The position numbers and the translations under genes were made by a program. Positions 13,710-28,611 of a stretch of 64,000 nucleotides of DNA are shown here, piece after piece. The stretch spans positions 1 through 64,000 of the forward strand of contig JAQGDQ010000110.1 of assembly GCA_030141605.1 (NCBI GenBank). Direction: 5' to 3'. How positions within the stretch are numbered: position 1 is the first letter of the stretch; each line of letters opens with the position of its first letter. The stretch comes from Tubiluchus corallicola (taxonomy: Eukaryota > Animalia > Priapulida). Below the pieces are notes generated by a model that was given only the letters and a program-made list of their open reading frames with translations, searched no databases and had not been told where the DNA came from.

Positions 13710-14037
13710 TAAACGCTTCCAATAGTTTCTATCTGATATGAAATGCATCAGTCTTAAATAATCGTACATTAATATTTTCTAACCGTCATTTTCTATTAAT
13801 GACTAATGTAATTTTGTAGTAAAACTTGTCAGCTTGTGTAGTTATAGTCTATTCTTACTGTAAATGTTACTAATGTCTAATGTAATCTTGTAGTAAAACT
13901 TGTCAGCTTGTGTAGTTATAGTCTATTCTTACTGTATATGTTCTTGTAAATAGTGTATAAAGTCTGTTGTGGTGAGGATCTTAAATTATGTTGTTCAAAC
14001 TGTCTGATCCAATCCTAGAATAAATTATGTTTAAACT
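13710..14037 (+). mobile_element. Short 3' fragment of the CR1/L2-type element at 22300 (2 VNTR units)
   Basis: Same 3'UTR and AATAAATTATGTTTAAAC end as 22300-23328. Confidence 0.8.
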
Positions 14038-14479
14038 GACTGCACTTTTTCTGTGCTTCTTGGGTTTGTAGGCTCTAATATAAACACGCAGAGTTAAACC
14101 TTTCTTTTCTATTCTTTTTATTGCGCGTTGAAGTTTCATTTTATAGCTGGACACCGCACGGGGGGAGGACCACCCTCCTCGCGAATTTTAACCGTTCTAA
14201 TGTCGACGGTGTCAATTTTGGCTTAGGATTACCACTTGACATCTAGGGACAGGCAGCACTGTGTCGTATACTGACTGTGTAAACATTGAAGTGTTGACAA
14301 AATATTTGTATGCGAAATTTAAGCACATAGTAGTGCGTATTGTAATAAACAGTGTGTGGGATATGGATACGTGTCTGTAGAAGCGTTACCAAGCAGCACG
14401 CGACTGAAATTGGACCTACTGGAAGGGAAGCGATTTACAAATAACTAGTGATAAATAATAGTAATAAATAATCTTCAAA

Positions 14480-14590
14480 TATATGCATATATATGTATAT
14501 TTGTGTGTATGTATGTGTATATGTATGTATATGTGTATATATGTATATATATATATATATTTGTATGTATATATGTATATTTGTATATAC

Positions 14591-14639
<49 letters not shown>

Positions 14640-14646
14640 CAAAGAT

Positions 14647-14681
<35 letters not shown>

Positions 14682-14686
14682 AATAT

Positions 14687-14717
<31 letters not shown>

Positions 14718-15075
14718 ATCTTTATTTGCCATAAAAAATCGAGACTCATAAGTATAAAAGCATAAAAGACATCGCAGCATGAGAATAAAATTCACACAAC
14801 TGTTAAAGGCAAATGCGTCCAGTACAAACTAAAAACTACTGTGCCAAAAATTTAAAACAAAACATACATTATAATGTTACACGAAAACTATAATAGACCA
14901 TATACAGTATATACATACAATTTAAAATGGACGTGGGTAAATAAAATTTGTGGAGGAATATATATGATCGTTTACGTATGTAGGGTTTTCAAAACGATTT
15001 AATGTATGTATTTTTAATTTTGATTTGAATTCGTCGAAAGACTTGATTTGTTTAAATTCGATGGCATGATTCTAA
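14480..15075 (-). mobile_element. L2/CR1-type LINE 3' remnant with expanded (TA)n/(TG)n tail
   Basis: Minus-strand remnant ..KQIKSFDEFKSKLKIH..; ATGGCAAATAAAGATT terminus shared with the 15880-16045, 19420-19583 and 26340-26432 remnants. Confidence 0.55.
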
Positions 15076-15879
15076 TGTTGTCTAGTGGAGTCATGTCTGC
15101 TATATTTTTCCATGCATTCCAAGGAATAATAATATTCACGCCCTAACTATCACGACTCTTCACACTGAAAAATATATAGCAAGTCTTGACATAAGACAAT
15201 GATGATCAAAAAGTGTTTTTATTTTCAACAAATGAAAAGAATTACAGTGGAAACAAATCCATTCATTCATTCAAACGTAATTCAAAAAAATTAAGACGAA
15301 TTATTGACAGTAGACTATTCAGTACAGCCTGTCATAAGTACATGATACATTAATACATTAAAATAAGATGTGTTAAAATTTATAACAGGGACATAAAAAA
15401 GAAAATACCACTCGAATATGTAAATATACAAGACTAGATTTAAAGATTTAATAATCATCAGAAAAATGATTATAAGGTTTCAAGATAAATTTACCAGGCA
15501 AACCAAAAATAATTTATTATGTGTACTGTGTAGAAATTGTGTGTTTTTTGGATAAATTTTGTAAAAATATTTTGTTTGAAATGGAAATAAATATTACAAC
15601 ATTATATACCTTTAATTACAGAATATTCCACGTAAATTTCACACTATTTTTACCGTGGTAGCATACCTGCTATACCTTTATTTTTTACCATTACAGGTTA
15701 AACAAATAAAGTCCCTATCAGCATGTAAAACAAAATTAAAATCACTAATATTAACCAGATATGAAATACCATCGCAGCAGTACGACAACATACACACTAA
15801 TTTAGAATTTATATATCCACGGCCATATTAATTAAATCATAGTTTTTTTTTGTGCATAGTTGTAAATATGTTTGATTTT

Positions 15880-16045
15880 ATTCGTCGTTAGTTTTCATTA
15901 CTGCACAGTAGTTTAGATTGCACTGACGCATTTGCCTTTAGCAGTGTAAGTTTTTATTAACTAACACTGATTGATCATCTCTGTAAAGTTTTTATCAGTG
16001 ATTATCAATGTATTTTAATGGCAAACAAAGATTATTATATATATA
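15880..16045 (+). mobile_element. Retroposon 3' end; inverted copy at 19420-19583
   Basis: Near-identical reverse-complement copy; (TA)n tail. Confidence 0.65.
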
Positions 16046-16907
16046 TACAGAAAGAATTTTCACATTGTCAAATTGTTATCCATAACAGAAAAATGCATCT
16101 TCAAACCTCTCTAGATGTAAAAGTTTTGATGTTTAAAAATTTTAATTAAATATATATACTTTTGATGTCATATCTGTCACGGATCAGTAATAATATCCTG
16201 AGATATTATTGTTGTGCATAAAAGTAATAAAAAACGTATCTACTCTTCAAATGTTTTGGTTCATTGTTCAAAAATTTTAGTTGCCGTAACAGCTAGAACA
16301 ACAAAATCGTATAGCAAATAGAAATGCAGTATGCACTACAGATACCAAATTTTCGTTTTTTTACAAATGTTACTAAGCACAGTATTGTAAATTCGTGCAC
16401 TATCTTTGGCGCATGCTCTGTATATGCAAGGTATAAAAAGTACAGGTGTATACCTAATCAGGTGTAATAATAAGGTACATCTGTCAAGAGCTTTAACTAT
16501 TGTCTGCCTAGCGATTATAACACCAGGAAATCTGTTCACATAATTTAGCCCACGATTAAATTCAGAGGAAAGAAAAAATAGGTGGTGTTCCTAACGTATG
16601 TAGAAAAACTGCGCATGTGCAAACTGTGCAAGTGTTCCTCGATTATTATAACCTCCTGTTGATCCTACAATTCAAGCCACATTTTTGCTGCCCTGTTTAA
16701 CAAGACTTGTTCATTTTTGTTTATGTACTTTACTACAAAGACATACTGTGTGGCAGCCGCTGTTTTACTACGAAGAGTAAATCTTGTCTTCTCTGAGTAG
16801 TTAGGGAATGATAGCTTATGAAACAAAAGATGCTACGAACCAGATGTGGACTAATTCGAAATCTTTGCACCTTATAACCTTAATAATTTCTGAAACATAC
16901 CAGCGTA

Positions 16908-17226
16908 CAGTGCACACAAGTGGTGACACGTTTTAAGAACAATGCTGTTGCATTGTGCACACAAGTGGTGCCACGTTTTAAGAACAATGCTGTTGCATTG
17001 TGCACATAAGTGGTGCCACGTTTTAAGAACAATGCTGTAGCATTGTGCACATAAGTGGTGCACCGTTTTAAGAACAATGCTGCAGCATTGTGCACACAAG
17101 TGGTGCCACGTTTTAAGAACAATGCTGTAGCATTGTGCACACAAGTGGTGCCACGTTTTAAGAACAATGCTGTAGCATTGTGCACACAAGTGGTGCCACG
17201 TTTTAAGAACAATGCTGTAGCATTGT
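16908..17226. repeat. 45-bp minisatellite, 7 copies, upstream of NK3
   Basis: Unit TGTGCACAYAAGTGGTGCCACGTTTTAAGAACAATGCTGTAGCAT; internal palindrome ACAATGC...GCATTGT. Confidence 0.95.
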
Positions 17227-17480
17227 CCCCAAGACCTGGAGCTGGCACTGCTATACTGTCTGGTAATTGTCAGTAAATTAATGCCAGTGTTCCTAATATT
17301 TAAACTATAGTGCAATAAGCCTGTAATATAAAAATATATACAACATATTTTTGTCCTATCTAAAGTCACTAAAAGAAGATTATATATTTTCCTTTGTTTG
17401 GGGCATGCAGCTGAAGCGAAATTTCCAGTATTTCTAGGCATATATTTGCCGTGACGTAACATATTGAGCATTCATCATCT

Positions 17481-17588
17481 CACTTAAGTCCATCATCACA
17501 TCGTCAAGATGGCTGGTAATTACCTACCAATACGAACTCTGCTCAATTAATCGCATCATTTACCCAAATCAGATAAGCAACTCAAGTG
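17481..17588 (+). promoter_or_regulatory. Candidate NK-homeodomain binding sites in the NK3 proximal upstream region
   Basis: TCAAGTG at 17582-17588 (Tinman/NK2 consensus) and CACTTA (TAAGTG on minus) at 17481-17486. Confidence 0.35.
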
Positions 17589-17944
17589 GCAACCAGGGGA
17601 ATCTAGACGCAGCGGTAGAGCACACGTCAACCGCCACGCCCACAACTCCGCCCATTCCTTTCAACACTCCAATTAGCTCCACACGAGCGGCGCGCAGCTT
17701 CCTGTGTTACTGATGCTGAGGATTCATTACTCCAGCATGGCAAACTTCTTAATGATAGGCCATTCCGAGAATGCTGCTGTCACAATTTGATTAGAAGTTG
17801 TTAATGAAACATTGAAAGAGGGACAAAACAAAGATATAACGAATTTGAGGATTACTGCAATAAAAATTGAACTAAATTATTTACTAAATTGAACTGATTA
17901 CCAACAAACCGTCAGATATAAAAGTGATAAAAAGAGTGCCAGTG

Positions 17945-18239
17945 ATGGAGACAAGTCTAGTGACAAAGAACCACGTGTCACAGTTTTCAATCGAATCCAT
18001 ACTGACGAAGAAACATTGCGCAAAAGAGCAAGGCGACTATTACCTACATTCGGAGGAGGATGAAGAGGATGAGTGCAGCATGGAAGCAGACATTTCACCA
18101 CCGTGCAGTCCTCTGCATACTAGTCGACCTGGGACGCAAACACACTGGGTGAACTCACCATCTCCCTCACCCTGCTCACCGGGAGAGATAGAACCAGGGG
18201 AGATAGCCAAAGCGAACTTAAATACGGATAAAAATTTGG
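17945..18239 (+). CDS. NKX3-2: NK3/bagpipe homeobox transcription factor, exon 1
   Basis: ATG at 17945; eh1/TN motif FSIESIL; acidic and Pro/Ser region; donor G|GTAAG phase 1 matches the acceptor at 25084. Confidence 0.88.
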
Positions 18240-18384
18240 GTAAGAAGAATAACTGGTTAATTCTTGAGAATCCAGGTGCTGGGAGGTTTTTACCTGCAGT
18301 ATTTTTACCTGTATTTTTGATGTTGATTCTGTATCTTTGCGCAGTATCAATAGACGTTATAATACATTCAGTGCTGCTTGGATA

Positions 18385-18702
18385 AATATAGATAGATAGA
18401 TATTTTATATCTGAAAATCAAATTTCCAACACTAAAATTACAAACTCGACGCATACCGGATGATTTTATCAACGGGCAGAGCTCGGGTAATGATTTCCAG
18501 ATCATACTAACAATTTGACTCAACATAGCTGCACAAAGGTATATACACAGATATACAAATTTAGTTGTAATCTCTATGAAGCGAAAAGAACTATTTACTA
18601 AGCATTTGTACACGTGTGATAAACAAATATTTTACCTATATGATAATCACAGTGATGCGGTTATATGTCCGCTAACAAAACTATACTATTTAATTCAAAA
18701 AT
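18385..18702 (-). mobile_element. LINE/SINE 3' end with (TATC)n tail in the NK3 intron
   Basis: Reverse complement of 12511-12831. Confidence 0.7.
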
Positions 18703-20904
18703 ATAATCTTTTGCTTCGTTTTGTCTGAATTTTTAAAAAGATGGAAACAGTAATAGTGGCGCTCTGATTACTTTTGAAAAACAATGCTTGATTAATGTAA
18801 TTGTGTATTACAGCATAAGGTTACATTCATATTTTTTGGATACTAAAACTTGTTTAAAGTGACTGTATCAAAGCAAATTGACGGTACCGTAACGAAGCAT
18901 TTTAGGTGGGCGTTTGAAACAATGAGAACGCGTGGCAAACTTTGTATAAATGTGTCTTACATGTTTGCAGATACCGCGTGGATGTAAATTTTTTCTCTAC
19001 TAGTTTTGCTGATATAAAAGAAACCCAGTCTAATCATTATATTTTGTATATTTCTGCAGTAGGCTCTAGTTTCGGACGTTGCACCAAACCGAACACACGG
19101 AAATGTTAACAGAGGGGCCAACGAAATGTATTTTAATTTTTTTGATATGATAACAGATTAAAAACCGTTACTTCGTAGAATATATGCGAACGTTATGCAG
19201 AAAACAGCACGGGGTTTTAAAAGTGTAAATTAAAGTTTTTAACTTCAAGTAATTGTTCGTATTAATGACTTTTAGCTTTAAGCTGAATAAGCCACTGCAG
19301 TTTTAGTTAAAATTTAAAGTCACGAATGTTAATAGCAGGTGACACAAGAACATGTGCCGAAGTTTTAATCATATCATATTATAAGTAGGAAATAAACATT
19401 TCGATTGAGAATTATATATAGATATATAATAATCTTTTTTTGCTTTAAAATACATTGATAATCACTGATAAAAACTTTACAGAGATGATCAATCAGTGTT
19501 AGTTAATAAAAACTTACACTGCTAAAGGCAAATGCGCCTGTGCAATCTAAACTACTGTGCAGTAATGGAAAGTAACGACGAATTGCCACGCTTATGTCAC
19601 AGATTATTATATATATACCACCATAAATTGTAGATCATTTTCTTAGGTTTTTTCCAGTGATACTGAAATTTCAAAACAACGAGTCAAAAAACAAACAAAC
19701 GTCGAAAAAGTTTTGTTTGTCACTAGAATTAAAATTTACAGTTTAATGTGTCCATCATTTTCAACGTAAATTAGAAGGTGTTTCTTCCATCAGCTTCATT
19801 CAGTCTCTCACTTGTTTAAGGGGCATTTTGTGTCTCAGCCCTCAACAATTTTTTACCTTTGCTGCTTCTGCATCGGATGACTCGATGCTCTTTAAAGGAA
19901 TTTAAGCCCAAATGCCGCAGCCAGACGATTATCTCCCATTTTTACTGATAACAAATTTTAATTAGTTTAATTAATTATGTAACGTGTGTGATTTGATTTC
20001 TTCATTGTTTTGCTGGAAATGTTTTTTTACCTCATAGCTAACATTGTTCCGGCATTTACATTTTTAATATGCACAAGTTTTTCGACCATAACTTAAAAAA
20101 AATCTAAAACTATAAACTTGTAACTTTCGCAGCCAAAAGCTACTGAATTGTAATGTCATTTCGTGAAATTTGAACTTTGTAGGGCACCTATTATTAATAT
20201 TTTGTAGTCTCAACTTGAGTACATCTTTTCTGCGCTATGCGTTGTCGAGTTATCGGTACAAAAGTAAGTGTTATGCCCGATTGTACGATATCCGGACGTG
20301 TCTCTCAAGTGATAATCTATACATTTAAATAATTCACCATTCTATAACTTTGCACAATAATTGGCAATTTGAAAAAATGAAAATCCCTTGAAAAATATTG
20401 CAGATTCATATGAAAATCTATTTAAATATATAATTATAAATAACTTAATTGCAAAGAGACATAAAATCTGTATTGCTTATAATCAGACGTCATAGTCCCG
20501 TGATACATAAAGAATTTCCAGTGCATTTTCAAATACAATTGTAATATTTTAAAGCGATTTAAATGTTTTTTTTCAAATCAGGGTATTTTTAAAATTTAGT
20601 GATTTGTTTCGTGGAACCTTACAAATTCATTGCAGAAGCGAAATCTTTCAACGCTATTACAGTTTTTACAAAAACGACTTCATATTGGTATTTAATGTAT
20701 AAACTGTATTTATTTAAAGTGGATTTACAACGCATTACTAACTGATAACAGTATTTCCACTATACGCAGTGCGTGTATATACATTGAAATATACATATAC
20801 AGGGTTAGTAAATTAAAAAGTAAATAAATTTTAAAGCTAATTATGTAATAATTCGTTCAATTTCACAAAAAATGCAAGATCTGATAAGTCTATGTGAGTG
20901 GAGC

Positions 20905-20906
<2 letters not shown>

Positions 20907-20971
<65 letters not shown>

Positions 20972-21007
20972 CGTGTGTGTGTGAGCGTGTAGTGCGTGCG
21001 TGTGTGT
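20907..21007. repeat. (TG)n microsatellite
   Basis: Seen directly. Confidence 0.95.
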
Positions 21008-21121
21008 TGAGTGCTGGATCTCGAGTTGCAGAGGCCAGAATGTTTAGATATAATGCTTGTTTTTTAACAAATCTTGTACTCTCTCAGTACGGTGAGGTTT
21101 CGAAAGATGTTTGTTATTTAA

Positions 21122-21729
21122 AGGAAGACAGGATGATTTTTCATATACTACACCATTTTCAAGCACGGTAAAAAGTATACATTCTAACAAAACTGATATT
21201 GCAAAAGCGTTTCTGATAATGAGATAATAAATCAAACGCTTAATTAACGGTGGGTGAGCCCAAGTATTGATGACATCACAAACTAACATAATTTTCAACA
21301 GTAAAAATATTCCACTAAGGTTTTGCACGTGTTTGCGAAAGCGAAAGCTACTGTAAGATATTCAGTCTGTTGTACTAAAACTAGGCAAGTTTTAAGATAA
21401 AAATTCAATTTTCAAATTTACCACTGTGCTCACGCATGAGCTGTCGAACATGTGTAGTTCGTCACAAACTAACACATCCGAACTGAGAGGTACATCACCT
21501 ATTTTTTGTGCAATGCTTTTCCGAAGTGTAGGCGCTAGTGTTGTATAACTAGCGAATGGCGAAATGCATGTAACAGCGAAGAACTAGTGGCACGGAACGC
21601 GAAATTGTGTTTGTGTAGTAATAATTCTTTCACGTAAGTCATTTTTTTGAAAAACTAGTACGTTTCCTTTCAATATTTTAAAGAGTAGATTGTTTTGACC
21701 AATAGTTTAAGATTGGGTCTAATTTTGCT
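21122..21729 (+). mobile_element. Kolobok-like family B, copy 2
   Basis: Starts TTAA|AGGAAGACAGGATGATTTTTCATATACTAC as at 1910 and is colinear with it. Confidence 0.65.
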
Positions 21730-22299
21730 TCAAAAACATTGTAACAATTCTTTATATTGATAAATAATGACGCAGTTTAGAATGACGTTCGAAACATTTA
21801 CAGAAAGAGAGACACTAATGTAATTAAAATGTATATAGATATTGTGAAAGAACTAAACCAAAATCATCTTTTATAAATTGATTAAACATCGATTATAAAT
21901 ATTGGATATATGTTTAGAATAAGTAAATCGTAATGCAAAATTGTCAGCTTGTTTAGTAAGAAATTTATTTAATGAACATAGTGTAAAGACTTATTTAACA
22001 TTTTTGTACTTTTGTGCCCTGCACTTAGAGGGCTTATTGTATAATTTTCAATAAAGATTTTTAATAATAATAATAACTGTTTATAAATAATGGCATTTTG
22101 AGGCATTAGCATACCTGGCCGCTAGCATAATAGTTAACTTGATGAATGAAATGCAATTGGTACCCAAGAAGGTACGATTAAAAATATCACATGAGAAAAT
22201 AAATATAAAGTATGCATGTTATATTTTTATATACGCGCATGAGAATCGTATTTTCTCAGCTAAACTTGACCTTTTCTCTAAAGGCTGTAAAGATAATCA

Positions 22300-23328
22300 C
22301 GGCCATCCAATATTGCCGAATTGTAAGTGTGGATTTCGATTTGAGTCTGTTGAACACTTTTTGTTGCTCTGTCCATTGTATCAACTAGCTAGGGTAGTTA
22401 TGTTTAATGAACTAAATGAAATGCTTCTGCCCGAAAACCTTAATATAGCTGCCTTAGGAACTAATGATCTGTTGAAGTTTTTATTATTCGGAAAAGATGA
22501 ATTTAACTATGTTGCTAACTGTAAAATATTCCAATGTATACATGACTTTATATTGCGTACTAAACGCTTCCAGTAGTTTCTATCTGATATGAAATGCATC
22601 AGTCTTAAATATTCGTACATTAATATATTCTAACCGTCATTTTCTACTAATGTCTAATGTAATCTTGTAGTAAAACTTGTCAGCTTGTTTAGTCACAGTC
22701 TATTCTTACTGTAAATGTTACTAATGTCTAATGTCTTGTAGTAAAACTTGTCAGCTTGTGTAGTTATAGTCTATTCTTACTGTAAATGTTACTAATGTCT
22801 AATGTAATCTTGTAGTAAAACTTGTCAACTTGTGCAGTTATAGTCTATTCTTACTGTAAATGTTACTAATATCTAATGTAATCTTGTAGTAAAACTTGTC
22901 AGCTTGCGTAGTTACAGTCTATTCTTACTGTAAATGTTACTAATGTCTAATGTCTTGTAGTAAAACTTGTCAGCTTGTGTAGTTATAGTCTATTCTTACT
23001 GTAAATGTTACTAATGTCTAATGTCTTGTAGTAAAACTTGTCAGCTTGTGTAGTTATAGTCTATTCTTACTGTAAATGTTACTAATGTCTAATGTAATCT
23101 TGTAGTAAAACTTGTCAGCTTGCGTAGTTATAGTCTATTCTTACTGTAAATGTTACTAATGTCTAATGTCTTGTAGTAAAACTTGTCAGCTTGTGTAGTT
23201 ATAGTCTATTCTTACTGTAAATGTTCTTGTAAATAGTGTATAAAGTCTGTTGTGATGAGGATCTTAAATCACGTTGTTCAAACTGTCTGATCCAATCCTA
23301 AATAAATTATGTTTAAACTAAACTAAAT
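22300..23328 (+). mobile_element. CR1/L2-type LINE 3' segment: C-terminal Zn-knuckle coding remnant plus 3'UTR with 8 x 71-74-bp VNTR and (TAAAC)n tail
   Basis: CKCG..ESVEHFLLLCPLY..R..LLFG..N.KIF..FILRTKRF motif; probable TSD TAAAGATAATC / TAAATATAATC. Confidence 0.85.
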
Positions 23329-23929
23329 ATAATCTGACATGATGTGAAAAGTTGATCATCTCCTAAGATCATTTTGATATTAGTCGTAGTAATTTTGAGA
23401 ACTTTTTACCATTTAAAACAGTTTTGCTGGTTTTGCAGGCATCACTCGATCAACACGCGATACAATGTTACGCGGAAATAAATTGAAATCAGTTGAGGAA
23501 ATCCCTTCATTTCCGGTGCATTTACAAGTCAAGTTGATAGCAGAATTCTAGTTTTGAGCATTTGAGGAGTGTATACACTTTATCTCACTAGATTAGCTCC
23601 GTCGACGCCCGAGTAAATGGGCCCTTTGACTTGCATTAGCTTCATCAATCACTAAATATGTTTTGATAACATCTTGAAGCCAGACGGTCTTAGTATGCAC
23701 ACTGATTTCCTGTGATCTCAAACTAATGCAATTCAACAACACAAGCATGTCGGCAATTAGATTTTTCACGAAGCGTTTCAGACTTTCCTGTAGATTTCGT
23801 CAAATACAAGCAAAAGGAAAATTTAATATCACTGACGTATTTTCGTTATCGTTTTCGTTACATAGTCGAAGAATTGTTTTTCATTCTTTTATAATGCTTG
23901 GAGAACATTGAATTAATTTTTTTGCGCAG

Positions 23930-24455
23930 AGTAAAGCTACGACTCCATGTGCGCGTAATGCGTAATGCGTGATCCGTAATGCGTAATACGTAGTGCGTAA
24001 TGCGTAATGCGTGATCCGTAATGTGTAATGCATAGCGCGTAATGCGTAATGCGTGATCCGCAATGCGTAATGCGTAATGCGTGATCCGTAATGCGTAATG
24101 CGTAGCGCGTGATCCGCAATGCGTAATGCGTGATCCGTAGTGCGTAATGCGTAGCGCGTAATCCGCAATGCGTGATGCGAAGCGCGTAATGCGTATTTAC
24201 CGTTTCCATGTGTCTGTGAACGCTATGCATATTAACAAAGGCCACGGCATCGCAGCGGCGATGTCCCGTCTGCGTATTGCTGCGTGATGCGTATTCAGAC
24301 GATAGCCATCACGTTCGAGTGAATACGGATCACGCATCACGGACTACGGATTGCGCATTACGTACACATGGAAACACTTCTACGTGTTTACATACAAACT
24401 GTTGTATACGCATTACGCATCGCGCATTACGCGCGCATAGAGTCGTAACTTTAAT
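23930..24455. repeat. Foldback element containing (TGCGTAA)n arrays in opposite orientations
   Basis: TGCGTAA heptamer array at 23950-24195; inverted ends TACGACTCCATGTGCGCGTAATGCG / CGCATTACGCGCGCATAGAGTCGTA. Confidence 0.7.
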
Positions 24456-24650
24456 ACGAAAAGCAAAGTTAATACATTTATCAACACGCGTTGTTATCGA
24501 CCGGCAGCAAAAATTTTGATTGCGTGCTCTCATTGAAAAGTTTCTGATTGTTTATCAGTAACTTTTTTGTCTAAAAAAGCAACCAAATTTTGGTTTCGTT
24601 GTGTTGCTATTCTAACGTTTCCTATCTCTCGGCTTCTTTGCTGTCTTTCA

Positions 24651-24862
24651 ACTACTATAGTAGTAGTCATTAGGCCAAGGTGAAACACAAAGTAAAATTG
24701 TACAATCACAGATTACTAGTAACTACTACAGTAGTAGTCATTAGGCCAAGGTGAAACACAAAGTAAAATTGCACAATCACAGATTACTAGTAACTACTAC
24801 AGTAGTAGTCATTAGGCCAAGGTGAAACACAAAGTAAAATTGCACAATCACAGACTACTACT
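24651..24862. repeat. 71-bp tandem repeat, 3 copies
   Basis: TAGTAGTCATTAGGCCAAGG recurs at 24661, 24732 and 24803. Confidence 0.9.
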
Positions 24863-25050
24863 ATTCAGTAAATTTCGATACATACTCTTTGGCAGCGGTT
24901 ACAGGCGTAGTCTGTTTTCTAAACTTCAGTCTGTTTGAAAAACTAATATTTTTTACTAATTATATTTGACGTGTGAACAAACTCAAGCGCTGTAAGCCAG
25001 CAACTCGTGTGGATGAAAGTTTTGTTGATTTTGAAAAAAAAATGTACTGA

Positions 25051-25494
<444 letters not shown>

Positions 25495-26432
25495 ATATTT
25501 TTCTTTAGTTTAAGATAATTCTTATGTCATTACAAAATATTCCTTTAAAGTAAACCTGTACAATAATCTGTCATTAGCTGTTTTTTGGCTGGTCAGGGAC
25601 AAGTTCACTAATTCTTATATTTTTATTTTAAAGCATTAATTTGTGATTTGTTGCTTTTATGTTCGAGATTGAAGGATTAGAACTCAGTTCGCATCATATA
25701 TTAAAAACTGTTCAATGAATTGTATCGTTTTAATCATAGTAGTAACGACTCAAAAGTCTCTAACTAAATAAACTAAAGTTTTTCGAGAAGACACAATTAA
25801 TCTCAAGTCTAAATTGTTGAAAAAAAGAAATTTTGAAAAATTATGGGCCACATTTTAGGTTTTGAACCCGAAGCTTTGTGCCTATGATGCACACACGTCG
25901 TGGCCACTTGGACTATCCTCCTTTCTACAACTGTTTTCACATACAGTTAGTTTACTGGTCCGTGGTTTCCCACAGTTGACGTTGGATCTGTAGTTGTAAA
26001 CTCGACGCGTATAGCCCAATTTAACTATAATGTATAATCTCTATTCTCCAACTAGTTGTGAAGTATGTGGTTTTCTAACCACATAAAAAATCCAACTAAG
26101 ATTTTCTTTTAAAGTTAGACGATTCATTATCGAAGCCTTCATTACTGACATCACTAAAACACAGCAGCTCTTTATCAATATTCAAGTCTAAATTAAAAAA
26201 AACATTTAATGACTCGTTTTGAATATCCGACATACGAACACGATGATACTCACTCAAATCATAATTTCATTTTTCTTAGACCTTACTAAACTAGTTTATA
26301 TCTTATTTTTGAATTTCTAGTTGCACTTACTTATAGTTTAGCTTGCACCAGACGCATTTGCTCAGAACAGTGTATGTTTTTCTGTCTTTAATATGATGGT
26401 CAATGTTTTAAAATGGCAAATAAAGATTTTAC

Positions 26433-27443
<1,011 letters not shown>

Positions 27444-28560
27444 CTTCACCAAGACTCTCAATCGGTGCCGTATTTTAGTTCACGAAATGTTATTTTGAGC
27501 TCTGAAAACATGCAGCAGAATCTCTTTCTGCATCGATACGTCCCTTGTATTCACAGCACCGCGTGTATTAGATTGGTTAGTCTTGAAGGCAACTGTTTAA
27601 AATAATATGAAGAGACAGTTTGAATAATTATACATTCCGTTTGTACAATGGGTTACAATTGGGCTGGCTGTTCGTACTTGAACTTTAATGAACGTGTATG
27701 AAATTTCTGGTGTAAGAATATAATTGTTTTAAATACAAATGAGACAATTAAATACAAGTGTACGTACATTGTAAAAATAACCGAATTTTTTTTAATCATA
27801 TTACGAAAAATGGAGTTGGCTCATAATCTGACTTGAGCGAAGTTTTGTAATTCTTTAGCTTAAGTGTATCAACATTTGAGAGACCAACAAATTAACATAC
27901 AAAAGGTGAGAAAGGCTAATTGTAAAATTTTTAATTTATAATAAATTTATTGCCTATTTCATGACGACACTGTACATACGAATATCTTGTGAAAGAATAT
28001 AGTGAGAGTGTTATGTAAATTAATGTATTGCAAATAGAGTCATTATTGTACATAAGTTACTATTATTATAGGGCGTGCATAAGGCCATATTTATTGTGCT
28101 TTTTCGTGAAAATTCTTGTTAAAGTTCTTATTGTTGCATGCTGTTATAGAAAGCTATTACGTATGTCATTGTATTTATTAATTTAAATCATAAATTAAAT
28201 GACTTTTTAAGATTGATAATTTGTTAAATGTAGGTACATATTTAGAATTAAATCTATTCTGATACTAAAATGTAGTACTTACAGTACTGATAAATTTAAA
28301 TACATTAGTTTGTGAAAGATTCGACAGAAATAAGTTACAGTCATATTTATTGTCCATTATATAAATAGTGAGTGCACGGGTTTTATCAATTTTTGTTTGT
28401 TAAACTGTTGAAATAAAAATGCCATAATAAGTGTTTAAATTAACAAGAAAATTTGTAAAATGTCCATGATTTCTTAATTGAAAAAATACATTTAAATGCA
28501 GTGTAAATGTATAAGCGTTATACTACTTTTGTGTCACATGGAAGATATATCTTAGTTTAC

Positions 28561-28561
<1 letters not shown>

Positions 28562-28611
<50 letters not shown>
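28562..28611. repeat. (CAT)n microsatellite
   Basis: Seen directly. Confidence 0.95.

Noticed and set aside
16872-17471. 199-aa repeat-protein ORF
   Set aside because: Translation of the 45-bp minisatellite, open in several frames by chance
12511-19583. Two inverted repeat pairs bracketing NK3 exon 1 as an invertible cassette
   Set aside because: The pairs are staggered rather than nested and have retroposon tails, so independent insertions are more likely
25858-25920. tRNA gene on the minus strand
   Set aside because: Only loose A/B-box resemblance and no cloverleaf; at most a SINE remnant
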